From a virus (Duplodnaviria; Caudoviricetes): a stretch of 57,930 nucleotides of DNA. This document shows, piece by piece, positions 9,715 through 18,299 of this stretch. Each line of letters opens with the position of its first letter. Positions within the stretch are counted from its first letter, which is position 1. The DNA is taken from IMG/VR virus record IMGVR_UViG_3300044949_002606, positions 1-57,930 of that record; one strand, given 5' to 3'. The notes under the pieces were generated by a model. The model was not told the origin of the DNA and made no database searches. It saw nothing but the letters and a program-made list of their open reading frames with translations. The position numbers were made by a program, and so were the translations under genes.

Positions 9715-10347
9715 ATGAGCTACACCATGACCTACGACAGCTTGCTGGTCGACGTGCGTCGCTACCTGGAGCGTGGGTTCACCGCAGAAAGCGATCAGCT
9801 CGTCTACGAGCAACTGCCCCGGCTCATCACGCTGGGCGAGCGACGCTGCGCCCGCGAACTCAAGGTTCAAGGCTTCATTCGCGCGGTGCAAACCCCGCTT
9901 CAAGCCGACGTGGCCGTCTACCTGAAGCCCGACCGCTGGCGCGACACCGTCAGCATGGCCGTGGACGGGAGGCCCATCCAGGCCCGCTCGTACGAGTACT
10001 GCCGCGGCTACTGGCCCGACGAAGCCGAAACGGGCACGCCCGAGTTCTACGCGGACTACGACTACCAGCATTGGTTGCTCACGCCCACGCCGGCCACGGC
10101 GCAGACGCTGGAGGTCTTGTACTACGAGCAGCCCGCGCTGCTCGGCGACGACTCGCAAAGCAACTGGCTCACCGAGTACGCGCCGGACGTATTGCTGTAC
10201 GCGGTGTTGCTGGAGGCGTCGCCCTTCCTGAAAAACGACCAGCGCATTGCCACGTGGCAGGCGATGTATGACCGCGCCGCGCAGGCGCTCAGCGGCGAGG
10301 ACCTCAAGCGCATACTGGACCGCGCCGCCCAGCGGAGTGAAGCCTGA
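9715..10347 (+). CDS. Putative adaptor / tail tubular protein A-like (210 aa)
   Basis: Helical N-terminus, GTPEFYA, SNWL...PDVLLYA.L.EA motifs; precedes tail genes. Confidence 0.65.
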   Translation: MSYTMTYDSLLVDVRRYLERGFTAESDQLVYEQLPRLITLGERRCARELKVQGFIRAVQTPLQADVAVYLKPDRWRDTVSMAVDGRPIQARSYEYCRGYWPDEAETGTPEFYADYDYQHWLLTPTPATAQTLEVLYYEQPALLGDDSQSNWLTEYAPDVLLYAVLLEASPFLKNDQRIATWQAMYDRAAQALSGEDLKRILDRAAQRSEA

Positions 10348-10349
10348 CC

Positions 10350-11549
10350 ATGCCTACTTACACCGACGTCTTCGGCGGCGCCAACATCTACCCGAGCGAA
10401 ATCACGTACAGCGCCGTGGCGTTGAGCGCGGACGTTGCGCTCAGCTGGCCGGAGGAAACCTCCACCAACACCAACCTCGCCACCCGCATCATGGACGTGA
10501 CGCCGTCCGCCGCGGGGTTCAGCGTCTATCTGCCCGAGGCGAACAAGACCGCCACCGGCAACACGATCTTGTTCAACAACCGGGGCGGCTCCAGCTTCAC
10601 GGTGCGTAACTCCACCGGCACGCAGGTGGTGGTGGTCGACTCCGGCGAGCTGTGGCAGGTGTACTTGGCCTCCAACACCACGGCCGCGGGCACTTGGCGC
10701 GCGCTGGAGTACGGCGTGGGCACGTCCACGGTGGACGCGTCCTCGCTGGCCGGCACTGGTATTGTGGCGGTGGGCACGCTGCTGTCGCAGTCGGTGCCCG
10801 TCACCACGCTCAGCGCCAGCTACTCGGCCGGCGTGAACGACCGTGCCAAGATGTTCCTTTGGACGGGTGCCGGGGGCACGTTCACGCTGCCTGCACCGGC
10901 CGACGTAGGCGGCAACTGGTTCTGTTACTTGCGCAATGGGGGTTCTGGCGCGGTCAGCGCGGACCCTTCGGGCGTCGCCACCATCAACGGCCTCAGCGCG
11001 CTGAGCTTTCAGCCCGGCGACTCGGCGGCGCTCATCACGGATGGCACCAGCTACTACACGATCGGCTTCGGCCAGCAAGCGATCTTCGCCTTCGACTACA
11101 CCTCGGTCAGCGTGGCGGGCACCGGCAACTACACGCTGGCCGGCGCCGAACTGAACCGCATCGCTTACTCATTCACCGGGGTGCTGACCGGCAATCGCAA
11201 CGTGATTGTGCCCGCCACTGTGCAGCAATACTGGGTCGGCAACGACACCACCGGCGCCTACACGCTAGAGGTGAAGACCTCGGCCGGCACAGGCGTCACG
11301 GTGACTCAAGGCTCGCGAACCATTTTGTTCTGCGACGGAACCAATGTGTTGAGTGCCAGCACGCAGGGCGTGTCATTGCCGCTCACAGTGGCGCAAGGCG
11401 GCACCGGCGCCACCACCGCCAGCAACGCCCGCATCAACCTCGGCGGCACGTCCACCGGGATCGCGGTGTTCACCGCGGCGGACCAGGCCGCGGCCTATGC
11501 GGCTCTAGGCGTCGCGCCCGCAGGCGTGGTCATGGGCGGAGCATTCTGA
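10350..11549 (+). CDS. Tail/virion structural protein (399 aa)
   Basis: Beta-rich repeats and C-terminal LTVAQGGTGA...AR.NLG fibre motif. Confidence 0.7.
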   Translation: MPTYTDVFGGANIYPSEITYSAVALSADVALSWPEETSTNTNLATRIMDVTPSAAGFSVYLPEANKTATGNTILFNNRGGSSFTVRNSTGTQVVVVDSGELWQVYLASNTTAAGTWRALEYGVGTSTVDASSLAGTGIVAVGTLLSQSVPVTTLSASYSAGVNDRAKMFLWTGAGGTFTLPAPADVGGNWFCYLRNGGSGAVSADPSGVATINGLSALSFQPGDSAALITDGTSYYTIGFGQQAIFAFDYTSVSVAGTGNYTLAGAELNRIAYSFTGVLTGNRNVIVPATVQQYWVGNDTTGAYTLEVKTSAGTGVTVTQGSRTILFCDGTNVLSASTQGVSLPLTVAQGGTGATTASNARINLGGTSTGIAVFTAADQAAAYAALGVAPAGVVMGGAF

Positions 11550-11553
11550 GGCC

Positions 11554-13086
11554 ATGCCCGGCGACAACAAAACCATCGTGCTCCGGTCCACCCCGGGCAT
11601 CAAGCGCGACGGCACCAAGTACGAAGGCGACTTCTACGTCGACGGCCGCTGGGTGCGGTTTCAGCGCGGGCTGCCGCGCAAGATCGGCGGCTACCGCTCG
11701 ATCAGCAAGTACCTCACCGAGATCAGCCGCGGGTTCACCACGTTCACGCAGCAGCTGTTGCAGTACTGTCACTCGGGCAGCGCCGCGCGGCTTGAGCGGT
11801 TCACCATCGACGCCAGCAAGAACAGCTCCATCATCAGCAACCGCACCCCCGCCGCGTTGACCGCCTCGGCCCAAAACCGCTGGATGTTTCAGTACATGTT
11901 CGACAGCTCGTCGACGCAAAACTCGCTCATCGCTCACGTGGCGCCGAACGGAGCTTGTTTGTGCAATGACGTGGGTGGGCAGATCTTCATCGGTGACCTG
12001 CTGGGCACCAGCGCGTTGACGCAGATCACGCTGCCCGCGGGGGCCAACGCCACCGGGGGCATCGTGGTGCTGCACCCGTACTTGTTCTACTACGGCACGG
12101 CCGGCGTCCTCGGGCATTCGGTGGCCGGCGAGCCGACCGACCTGACCGGCGCGGGCAGCGGCATCGCCCGCCCCTGGGGCCAGAAAATTGTGAAAGGCAT
12201 GCCGCTGCGCGCCGGGGCGGGCTCGGCGCCTGCGGGTTTGTTTTGGGCGTTTGACGCTGTGATTCGGGCGACGTTTTCGGGCGGCGCCACCGTGTTCCAG
12301 TACGATGTGATTGCCACCGACACCTCGATTTTGTCTTCAGACTGTGTGGTGGACTACGACGGCGTGTTCTACTGGGCCGGGGTGGACCGGTTTTTGATGT
12401 TCAACGGCGTGGTGCGGGATGTGCCCAACTCGCTGAACCTGAACTACTTCTACGACGGGTTGAACCCCAACCAGCACAGCAAGGTGTTCGCCTTCAAGGT
12501 GCCGCGGTACAGCGAGATCTGGTGGTGCTACCCGCGCGACGACGCCACCGAGTGCACCCACGCCGTCATCTACAACGTGCGCGAGAACACCTGGTACGAC
12601 ACCGAGCTGCCCGCCTCGCTGCGGTCGGCGGGGGCGTTCAACAACGCCTTCGCCGCGCCGCTGCTCACCGACGCGGTGCCCACCGCCAACGGCTACCGCG
12701 TTTGGATCCACGAGCAAGGCGCCGACCAGATCGACGGCCAGAGCATCGAGCCGATTCAGTCGTACTTTGAGACCGCCGACCTGTCCACGCTGCCCGCGGG
12801 CGACCCTTCGGCGTTGCGCATCGCGGCGATCGAGCCCGACTTTGTGCAGTCGGGACCTATGAGCGTGCAAATTACCGGCCGCGCCAACGCCCGCGCTCCG
12901 GAGGTGACGAGCACCTCGGTGACGTTCCCGGCCTCGGCCACGCAACCCTACGAGCAAATCGTCACGCTCAAGGAGCAACGCCGCGAGCTGCGTGTGCGCT
13001 TCGAGAGCAATGCCGTGGGCGGCGACTACCAAGCCGGCCAGATCATCGGGCACGTTGCCCCGGGCGACGGCACCATGCTGGGCTGA
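11554..13086 (+). CDS. Tail tubular B / P22 gp10-like packaged-DNA stabilisation protein (510 aa)
   Basis: Size, propeller-like aromatic repeats, EIWWCYP...AVIYN..E..W motif, located before ejection-type genes. Confidence 0.7.
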   Translation: MPGDNKTIVLRSTPGIKRDGTKYEGDFYVDGRWVRFQRGLPRKIGGYRSISKYLTEISRGFTTFTQQLLQYCHSGSAARLERFTIDASKNSSIISNRTPAALTASAQNRWMFQYMFDSSSTQNSLIAHVAPNGACLCNDVGGQIFIGDLLGTSALTQITLPAGANATGGIVVLHPYLFYYGTAGVLGHSVAGEPTDLTGAGSGIARPWGQKIVKGMPLRAGAGSAPAGLFWAFDAVIRATFSGGATVFQYDVIATDTSILSSDCVVDYDGVFYWAGVDRFLMFNGVVRDVPNSLNLNYFYDGLNPNQHSKVFAFKVPRYSEIWWCYPRDDATECTHAVIYNVRENTWYDTELPASLRSAGAFNNAFAAPLLTDAVPTANGYRVWIHEQGADQIDGQSIEPIQSYFETADLSTLPAGDPSALRIAAIEPDFVQSGPMSVQITGRANARAPEVTSTSVTFPASATQPYEQIVTLKEQRRELRVRFESNAVGGDYQAGQIIGHVAPGDGTMLG

Positions 13087-13091
13087 ACGCG

Positions 13092-13322
13092 ATGTCCAAC
13101 ATCACCCGCCCCACCGGCTTGGCGCTTCGCGACTGGGCCGATCAGATCGTGCTCGACCTGGACAACTACGGCGCGTTCGGCAAGTTGATGAACGACGCCG
13201 ACTGGCAGGACTGGGCCGTCCAGTTCACCAACAACACCACGCTGGGGCGCAACCTGCCCAACCCGTATGCGTTTTCCGACTGGCGCGACTGGGCCGAGCG
13301 GATGGCGCAGCTGCTTTCCTGA
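13092..13322 (+). CDS. Small Trp-rich hypothetical virion protein (76 aa)
   Basis: Fills the gap with normal spacing; repeated DW.DWA motif. Confidence 0.65.
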   Translation: MSNITRPTGLALRDWADQIVLDLDNYGAFGKLMNDADWQDWAVQFTNNTTLGRNLPNPYAFSDWRDWAERMAQLLS

Positions 13323-13336
13323 ACAGGCCGCACATC

Positions 13337-15199
13337 ATGGACATTCGCCAACTCACCGCGGCGCTGAGCCGGTCTCCCGAGTTTCAGCCGGCGCTGCGCG
13401 CCGCGGCTGACGAGCTGGGCGACGCCTCGCCGGAGCAAGTCGCCGAGCTCATCAAGCTCATTGAGTTCGCCCTGGAACGCCCTCAGCAGTACGCCGAGAT
13501 TCGCGCCGCGGCCATCCGCGACGACATGTTGGAAGAAGGCGACCTGCCCGAGCAGTTCGACGCGCAAGCGCTGTTGGCCGTCTTGGTGGTGCTCTATCGC
13601 TTGAGCGAGGGGGTTGACGGCGCCGAAGTGGCGATGCGCCGCGGCGGGCTGACGCGCGTGCGCACGCTTGCTTCTCGCGGCCGGTTGGGCGACACGATGC
13701 TCGCGCACATCTCGCCGGAAGAGGCCGCGCTGCTCAGGGCGCGCGGCGGCGCCGGCACGCTCAACCCCGACACCGGGTTGCCGCAGTACTTCAGCCTGAA
13801 GAAGCTCATCGGCGCCATACTTCCCATTGCGCTGAACTTCATCGCCCCGGGCATCGGCACCGCGATCGGCGCCGCGCTGGGTGCGAGCGGCACGGCAGCG
13901 GCCATGGTCGGCCAGGCCGTCATCGGCGGCGTAAGCGCCGGCATAGGCGGCGGCAACGTGCTGCAGGGCGCGGTGCTTGGCGGCCTGGGCGGCGGATTGG
14001 GTTCCACGGTGGGCGGCGCCGCCAGCGAGGCGCTAGGTTTGGGGCTCGGCCAGACAGGGCAGCAGCTGCTCGGCGGCGCGCTGGTGGGCGGGGCAACCGG
14101 GGCGCTCACCGGGCAAGGCTTCGGCCGTGGGGCGCTAATGGGTGCCGCGGGGGCAGGGCTGGGCGCGGCGACGCAGGGCGTGGGGTCGGGTGCGCTGGGG
14201 GCCGGCATTGGCGCCGGGGGCCAAATGGCGGGCAACATGCTCACCGCGGGCTACAAGCCCAAGGAGGCGCTGGCCGGCGGTGCGCTGGCCGGGCTCGCCG
14301 CGGGGCTGACGAGCGGGTCGGCTGGCCCGGGCATGCGCGCGCCGAAGCCGTCCGACCTGGCTTTGGAAGGGCTGCGCGCCCCGGCGGATTACGGCCTGTC
14401 CAGCCCCGTCGGCGCCGAGGTGTCCGACTTGGCGAGCCGGTACGGTGCCGAGCCGGCAGGCCCAGGCGTCAGGCTGCCCGGCGCGCAACAGGCCGTGGGC
14501 GAGGGCATGGTTGCTGGGCCGGGCGCCAAGCTGCCCGGCACGGTCGGCGACAGCATTGGCCGCGCCCCACCGGCCGGCATGTCTCCGCTCAAGACGCTGG
14601 GCACCTTGTCGATGCTCAGCAGCCTCGCCGGCACGCGGCCCCCGGAGGTGAACCAGGCGATTCAGACGCTCAACCCGCGGCAGCAGGAGTACTTCAACCG
14701 TCCGAGCATTCAGTGGGACTGGGGCAAGATGCAAACCGACGCCAATATGCGCAACATGTCGCTGGCGCAGTTCATGGCCGCGTACTGGCCGCAACTCACT
14801 TCCGGCGCGTACAACACAACGCCGGCACCGGCAGCGGCTCCTGCTCCCGCCGCGGCAGCGCCCGTTGCGCCCGCGCAGCCGCCGCTCGATCAGGGCGGCG
14901 GGTATGCCCGCGGCGGGTACGCCTACGGCATGGCCGGGGGCGGGTTGAGCGCCATGGCGCGGTTGATGCGCGGGGGCGGCACCGGCCGCGACGACACCAT
15001 TCCGGCCCGGCTGTCTGACGGCGAGTACGTGATGGACGCCGAGACGGTGGCCATGCTGGGTGACGGCTCCACCAAGGCCGGCGCGCAGAAATTAGACCGG
15101 ATGCGCGAAGAACTGCGCCGCCACAAAGGCCGCGCGCTGTCGCGCGGCAAGTTCAGCCCCAATGCGCGCTCGCCGTTGGCCTACCTGAAGGGAGCTTGA
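13337..15199 (+). CDS. Putative internal virion/ejection protein (620 aa) with glycine-zipper region and TMP-like C-terminal module
   Basis: GRLGDTMLAHISPEE...NPDTGLPQY, long Gly/Ala hydrophobic region, GTGRDDTIPARLSDGEYV. Start taken at ATG 13337. Confidence 0.7.
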   Translation: MDIRQLTAALSRSPEFQPALRAAADELGDASPEQVAELIKLIEFALERPQQYAEIRAAAIRDDMLEEGDLPEQFDAQALLAVLVVLYRLSEGVDGAEVAMRRGGLTRVRTLASRGRLGDTMLAHISPEEAALLRARGGAGTLNPDTGLPQYFSLKKLIGAILPIALNFIAPGIGTAIGAALGASGTAAAMVGQAVIGGVSAGIGGGNVLQGAVLGGLGGGLGSTVGGAASEALGLGLGQTGQQLLGGALVGGATGALTGQGFGRGALMGAAGAGLGAATQGVGSGALGAGIGAGGQMAGNMLTAGYKPKEALAGGALAGLAAGLTSGSAGPGMRAPKPSDLALEGLRAPADYGLSSPVGAEVSDLASRYGAEPAGPGVRLPGAQQAVGEGMVAGPGAKLPGTVGDSIGRAPPAGMSPLKTLGTLSMLSSLAGTRPPEVNQAIQTLNPRQQEYFNRPSIQWDWGKMQTDANMRNMSLAQFMAAYWPQLTSGAYNTTPAPAAAPAPAAAAPVAPAQPPLDQGGGYARGGYAYGMAGGGLSAMARLMRGGGTGRDDTIPARLSDGEYVMDAETVAMLGDGSTKAGAQKLDRMREELRRHKGRALSRGKFSPNARSPLAYLKGA

Positions 15200-15203
15200 G
15201 ATC

Positions 15204-18200
15204 ATGAGTCTGTTTTCCGGCACGCCGCAAAGGGCGCCTAGCTACACCACCTCCACCACGGAGACGCCGCAGTGGATGCAGGACGCAATCTACAACCAGG
15301 TGCAGTGGGCGCAGAACATCGCCAACATGCCGTTCCAGCAGTACCAGCTGCCGCGGGTGGCGGGGCTTTCCCCGCTGCAGCAGCAGGCGTACACCAATCT
15401 GCAAGCAAACCAAGGCGCCTGGCAGCCCGCGATGCAGACCGCGGCTTACGGGTTGCAGGGGCTTGCCGGCGCGGGCACGGCTGGCGGGTTGCAGGCGGCG
15501 CAAACCGGCTACTTGCAGCCGGGCATGGTGGGAAGTGAGCTGGGTGCGGCGCAACGCCTTTACGGCAGCGCAGAGGGAATGAACGCGCCAAGCGCGGCGG
15601 CGAGTTACTTTCAGCAGGCACAAGCCGCCGACCCGACGCAGGCCGCCGCGGGCTACTTGAGCGGGGCGCAAGGCACCAACATTACCGGTGCAGGGGCGGG
15701 CGCGTTCGGCTCCGCGCTGGGGCAAAGCGCCACGGGCGCAGCGGCACCGTATTTGTTCGCCGCCTCCGGCAACATCCAGGCCGGCATGGGCGACACCGCC
15801 GGCCGCCTGCGCGCTGATCAAGCAACAGCCCTTGGCCAAACCGCGCTCGGTGCGGCGCAGCCATACATGACGCAAGCGGGAGCAGGTTACACCGCAGCCG
15901 AGGGGTTGAACACGGCCGGTCAGTTGTCCGCTGCGCAACAAGCCGCGTTGCAACAGAGCGCGTTGGGCGTTGCGTCGCCATACTTCTCACAAGCCGGCGC
16001 GGGTTACCAAACCGCGGCCGGCACTGACACCGCTGCGCAGCTCCGCGCCGAGCAACAAGCCGCGCTACAGCAGTCGGGTCTTTCCGCCGCGCAAGGCGCG
16101 TTGGGCGCAGCGCTCAGCGGAGCACAAACCGCCGGCAACGTCAACACCGCAGACCGGCTTTCCGCCGCGCAACAAGCCGCCTTGCAACAATCGGGCCTTT
16201 CCCTGGCGCAACCCGCGCTGAATGACGCCATCAGCCGCGCGCAGGCCGCTGGCGACACCAATACCGTTAACCGCCTCATCTCTCAGCAGGCCCAGTACAC
16301 TCGGCCCGATTTGGTCTCGCGAGCGTTAAACGCGGGGCAAGAGCTGATGGGGCGCGCGGCGGGCATGGACATCGTCGGGGCCGCACAACCGTACTTGCGG
16401 ACTGCCGGCGGTGTCGACATCGCTGGCGCGGCGCAGCCGCTGCTCGGCCGGTCGGCGCAAGCCACCGAACAAACGATGGCCGAGCGGGCGCTGGCCGCTG
16501 CGCAGCCGTACATGCAGGCCGCGGGCCGCACCGCGGCTGAAGGTGTCGCCGGGTACATGAACCCGTACACCGACGCGGTCACCGGACAGATTGCGCGGCT
16601 CGGTTCGCGCAACTTGACTGAGAGCTTGCTGCCCGGCGTGTCCGACGCCTTCATCAGGGCGGGGCAATTTGGCTCCAGCCGTATGGGCGAGTTTGGCTCG
16701 CGCGCCTTGCGCGACACGCAGGAAGCGGTGCTGCGCGAGCAGGCGCAGGCGTTGCAGCAGGGCTACGGCCAAGCGCTTCAAGCCTCGCAGGCTGATCTCG
16801 CGCGCCAAGCCCAGTTGGCTGGCACCGCCGGTGGGATTGCCGGGGCGGACCTTTCGCGCCTGCTGCAGGGGGCGGGTCAGTTTGGCAGTCTCGGCCAAAT
16901 GACGGGACAACTCGCCGGGCAGCAAGCCGCCAATCAACTCGCCGTAGGCCAGACCACCGGACAACTCACCGGTCAGCAGATGCAGCAGCTCGCTAACCTA
17001 GGTCAGGCGCAAACTGCGGCAGGTCAGGCTCAGCAACAAATCGGCCTACAAACTGCCCAAGCCGAACAAGTTGCTCAGGCTTCAGACGCGGCCCGAGCGC
17101 TCGCGGCGGCTCAGGCGCAGGCCGGCATGGGGCAAACCCTGGGTCAGTTCGGCAATCAGCAGCAAGCGGCAATGCTGCAAGCGGCGCAGGCGGTGCAGGC
17201 GGCTCAAACCTCAGACGCGGCCCGAGCGCTCGCGGCGGCTCAGGCGCAAGGAAACATCGGCCAAACGCTGGGCCAGCTCGGCACTCAGCAGCAAGCCGCT
17301 GCGCTGCAAGCGTCTCAAGCGGGTCAGGCGGCTCAAACTTCAGACGCCGCTCGGGCACTTGCCGCCGCCCAGGCGCAAGCTGGGCTGGGCCAAGCTGCAG
17401 GCGCCATGCAAGGTCAGCAACAGGCTGCCGCGCTGCAAGCTGCGCAAACAACTCAGGCGGCCCAGACGACGGATGCAGCTCGAGCTTTGGCTGCCGCGCA
17501 GGCTCGAGCGCAGCTTGGTCAGACGGCCGGACAGTTTGCCGGCCAGCAACAAGCCGCCGCACTCAACGCTGCGCAGGCCGCGGCGGGGCAACAAGCCGCG
17601 GATTACCAGCGGAGTTTGGCCGCTGGGCAGGCGCAAGGCCAGCTCGCACAAACGGCGGGCGGCTTGTCTGCTCAACAGATGGCCGCGCTCACCAACGTCG
17701 GCCAGGCGCAGGCCTCGGCCGCGGCGCAGCAAGCCAACCTGCTGGCCAACTTGGGTCAGACTGCGGGCCAGCTCACCGGCCAGCGCATGACTGGGCTCAC
17801 CAACCTTGGGCAAGCCGCGGGGCAACTCACTAGCCAACAGATGCAGAACCTGGCTTCGATGGCGCAGGCGCGCGCCGGCATGGGACAGACGCAACAGCAG
17901 TTCGGGCTCACCGCCGCGCAGCAGCTCGCCGGGCAGCAAGCCGCCGACTACCAGCGTCAGGCCGGCGCGCTGGGCCAGCTGGCCGGGCTCGCACAGCAGG
18001 AGCAGGGCATGCGCACCGCCGACGTGGCCGCGCTGGAGACCGCCGGGCTCAGCCAGCAGGCGCAACAACAGCGTCAGCTTGACGCGGCGTACCAACAGTT
18101 TATGGAGCAGCAACTGTATCCAAGGCAGCAAATGGACTGGCTCAGCACGCAGATCCGCGGCATGGCGCCCATCACGCCGCAGACCACGACGCAACAAGGC

Positions 18201-18287
18201 TACACGACACAATTCGCCCCGTCGCCGCTGTCGCAGCTGGCGTCAGGGTTGTTTGCGTACCAAGGCCTGAACCGGATGGGTTCCTAA
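15204..18287 (+). CDS. Ala/Gln/Gly-rich ejection (DNA pilot-like) protein with 39-aa and 43-aa repeats (1027 aa)
   Basis: GGAG RBS; YMNPY and GQFGSSR motifs; periodic repeats. Confidence 0.75.
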   Translation: MSLFSGTPQRAPSYTTSTTETPQWMQDAIYNQVQWAQNIANMPFQQYQLPRVAGLSPLQQQAYTNLQANQGAWQPAMQTAAYGLQGLAGAGTAGGLQAAQTGYLQPGMVGSELGAAQRLYGSAEGMNAPSAAASYFQQAQAADPTQAAAGYLSGAQGTNITGAGAGAFGSALGQSATGAAAPYLFAASGNIQAGMGDTAGRLRADQATALGQTALGAAQPYMTQAGAGYTAAEGLNTAGQLSAAQQAALQQSALGVASPYFSQAGAGYQTAAGTDTAAQLRAEQQAALQQSGLSAAQGALGAALSGAQTAGNVNTADRLSAAQQAALQQSGLSLAQPALNDAISRAQAAGDTNTVNRLISQQAQYTRPDLVSRALNAGQELMGRAAGMDIVGAAQPYLRTAGGVDIAGAAQPLLGRSAQATEQTMAERALAAAQPYMQAAGRTAAEGVAGYMNPYTDAVTGQIARLGSRNLTESLLPGVSDAFIRAGQFGSSRMGEFGSRALRDTQEAVLREQAQALQQGYGQALQASQADLARQAQLAGTAGGIAGADLSRLLQGAGQFGSLGQMTGQLAGQQAANQLAVGQTTGQLTGQQMQQLANLGQAQTAAGQAQQQIGLQTAQAEQVAQASDAARALAAAQAQAGMGQTLGQFGNQQQAAMLQAAQAVQAAQTSDAARALAAAQAQGNIGQTLGQLGTQQQAAALQASQAGQAAQTSDAARALAAAQAQAGLGQAAGAMQGQQQAAALQAAQTTQAAQTTDAARALAAAQARAQLGQTAGQFAGQQQAAALNAAQAAAGQQAADYQRSLAAGQAQGQLAQTAGGLSAQQMAALTNVGQAQASAAAQQANLLANLGQTAGQLTGQRMTGLTNLGQAAGQLTSQQMQNLASMAQARAGMGQTQQQFGLTAAQQLAGQQAADYQRQAGALGQLAGLAQQEQGMRTADVAALETAGLSQQAQQQRQLDAAYQQFMEQQLYPRQQMDWLSTQIRGMAPITPQTTTQQGYTTQFAPSPLSQLASGLFAYQGLNRMGS

Positions 18288-18299
18288 GGAGCAATAGAC

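Noticed and set aside
17082-17620. CRISPR-like regularly spaced repeats
   Set aside because: The repeats are in-frame coding units with synonymous variation, the spacers are mutually similar, and there are no cas genes.
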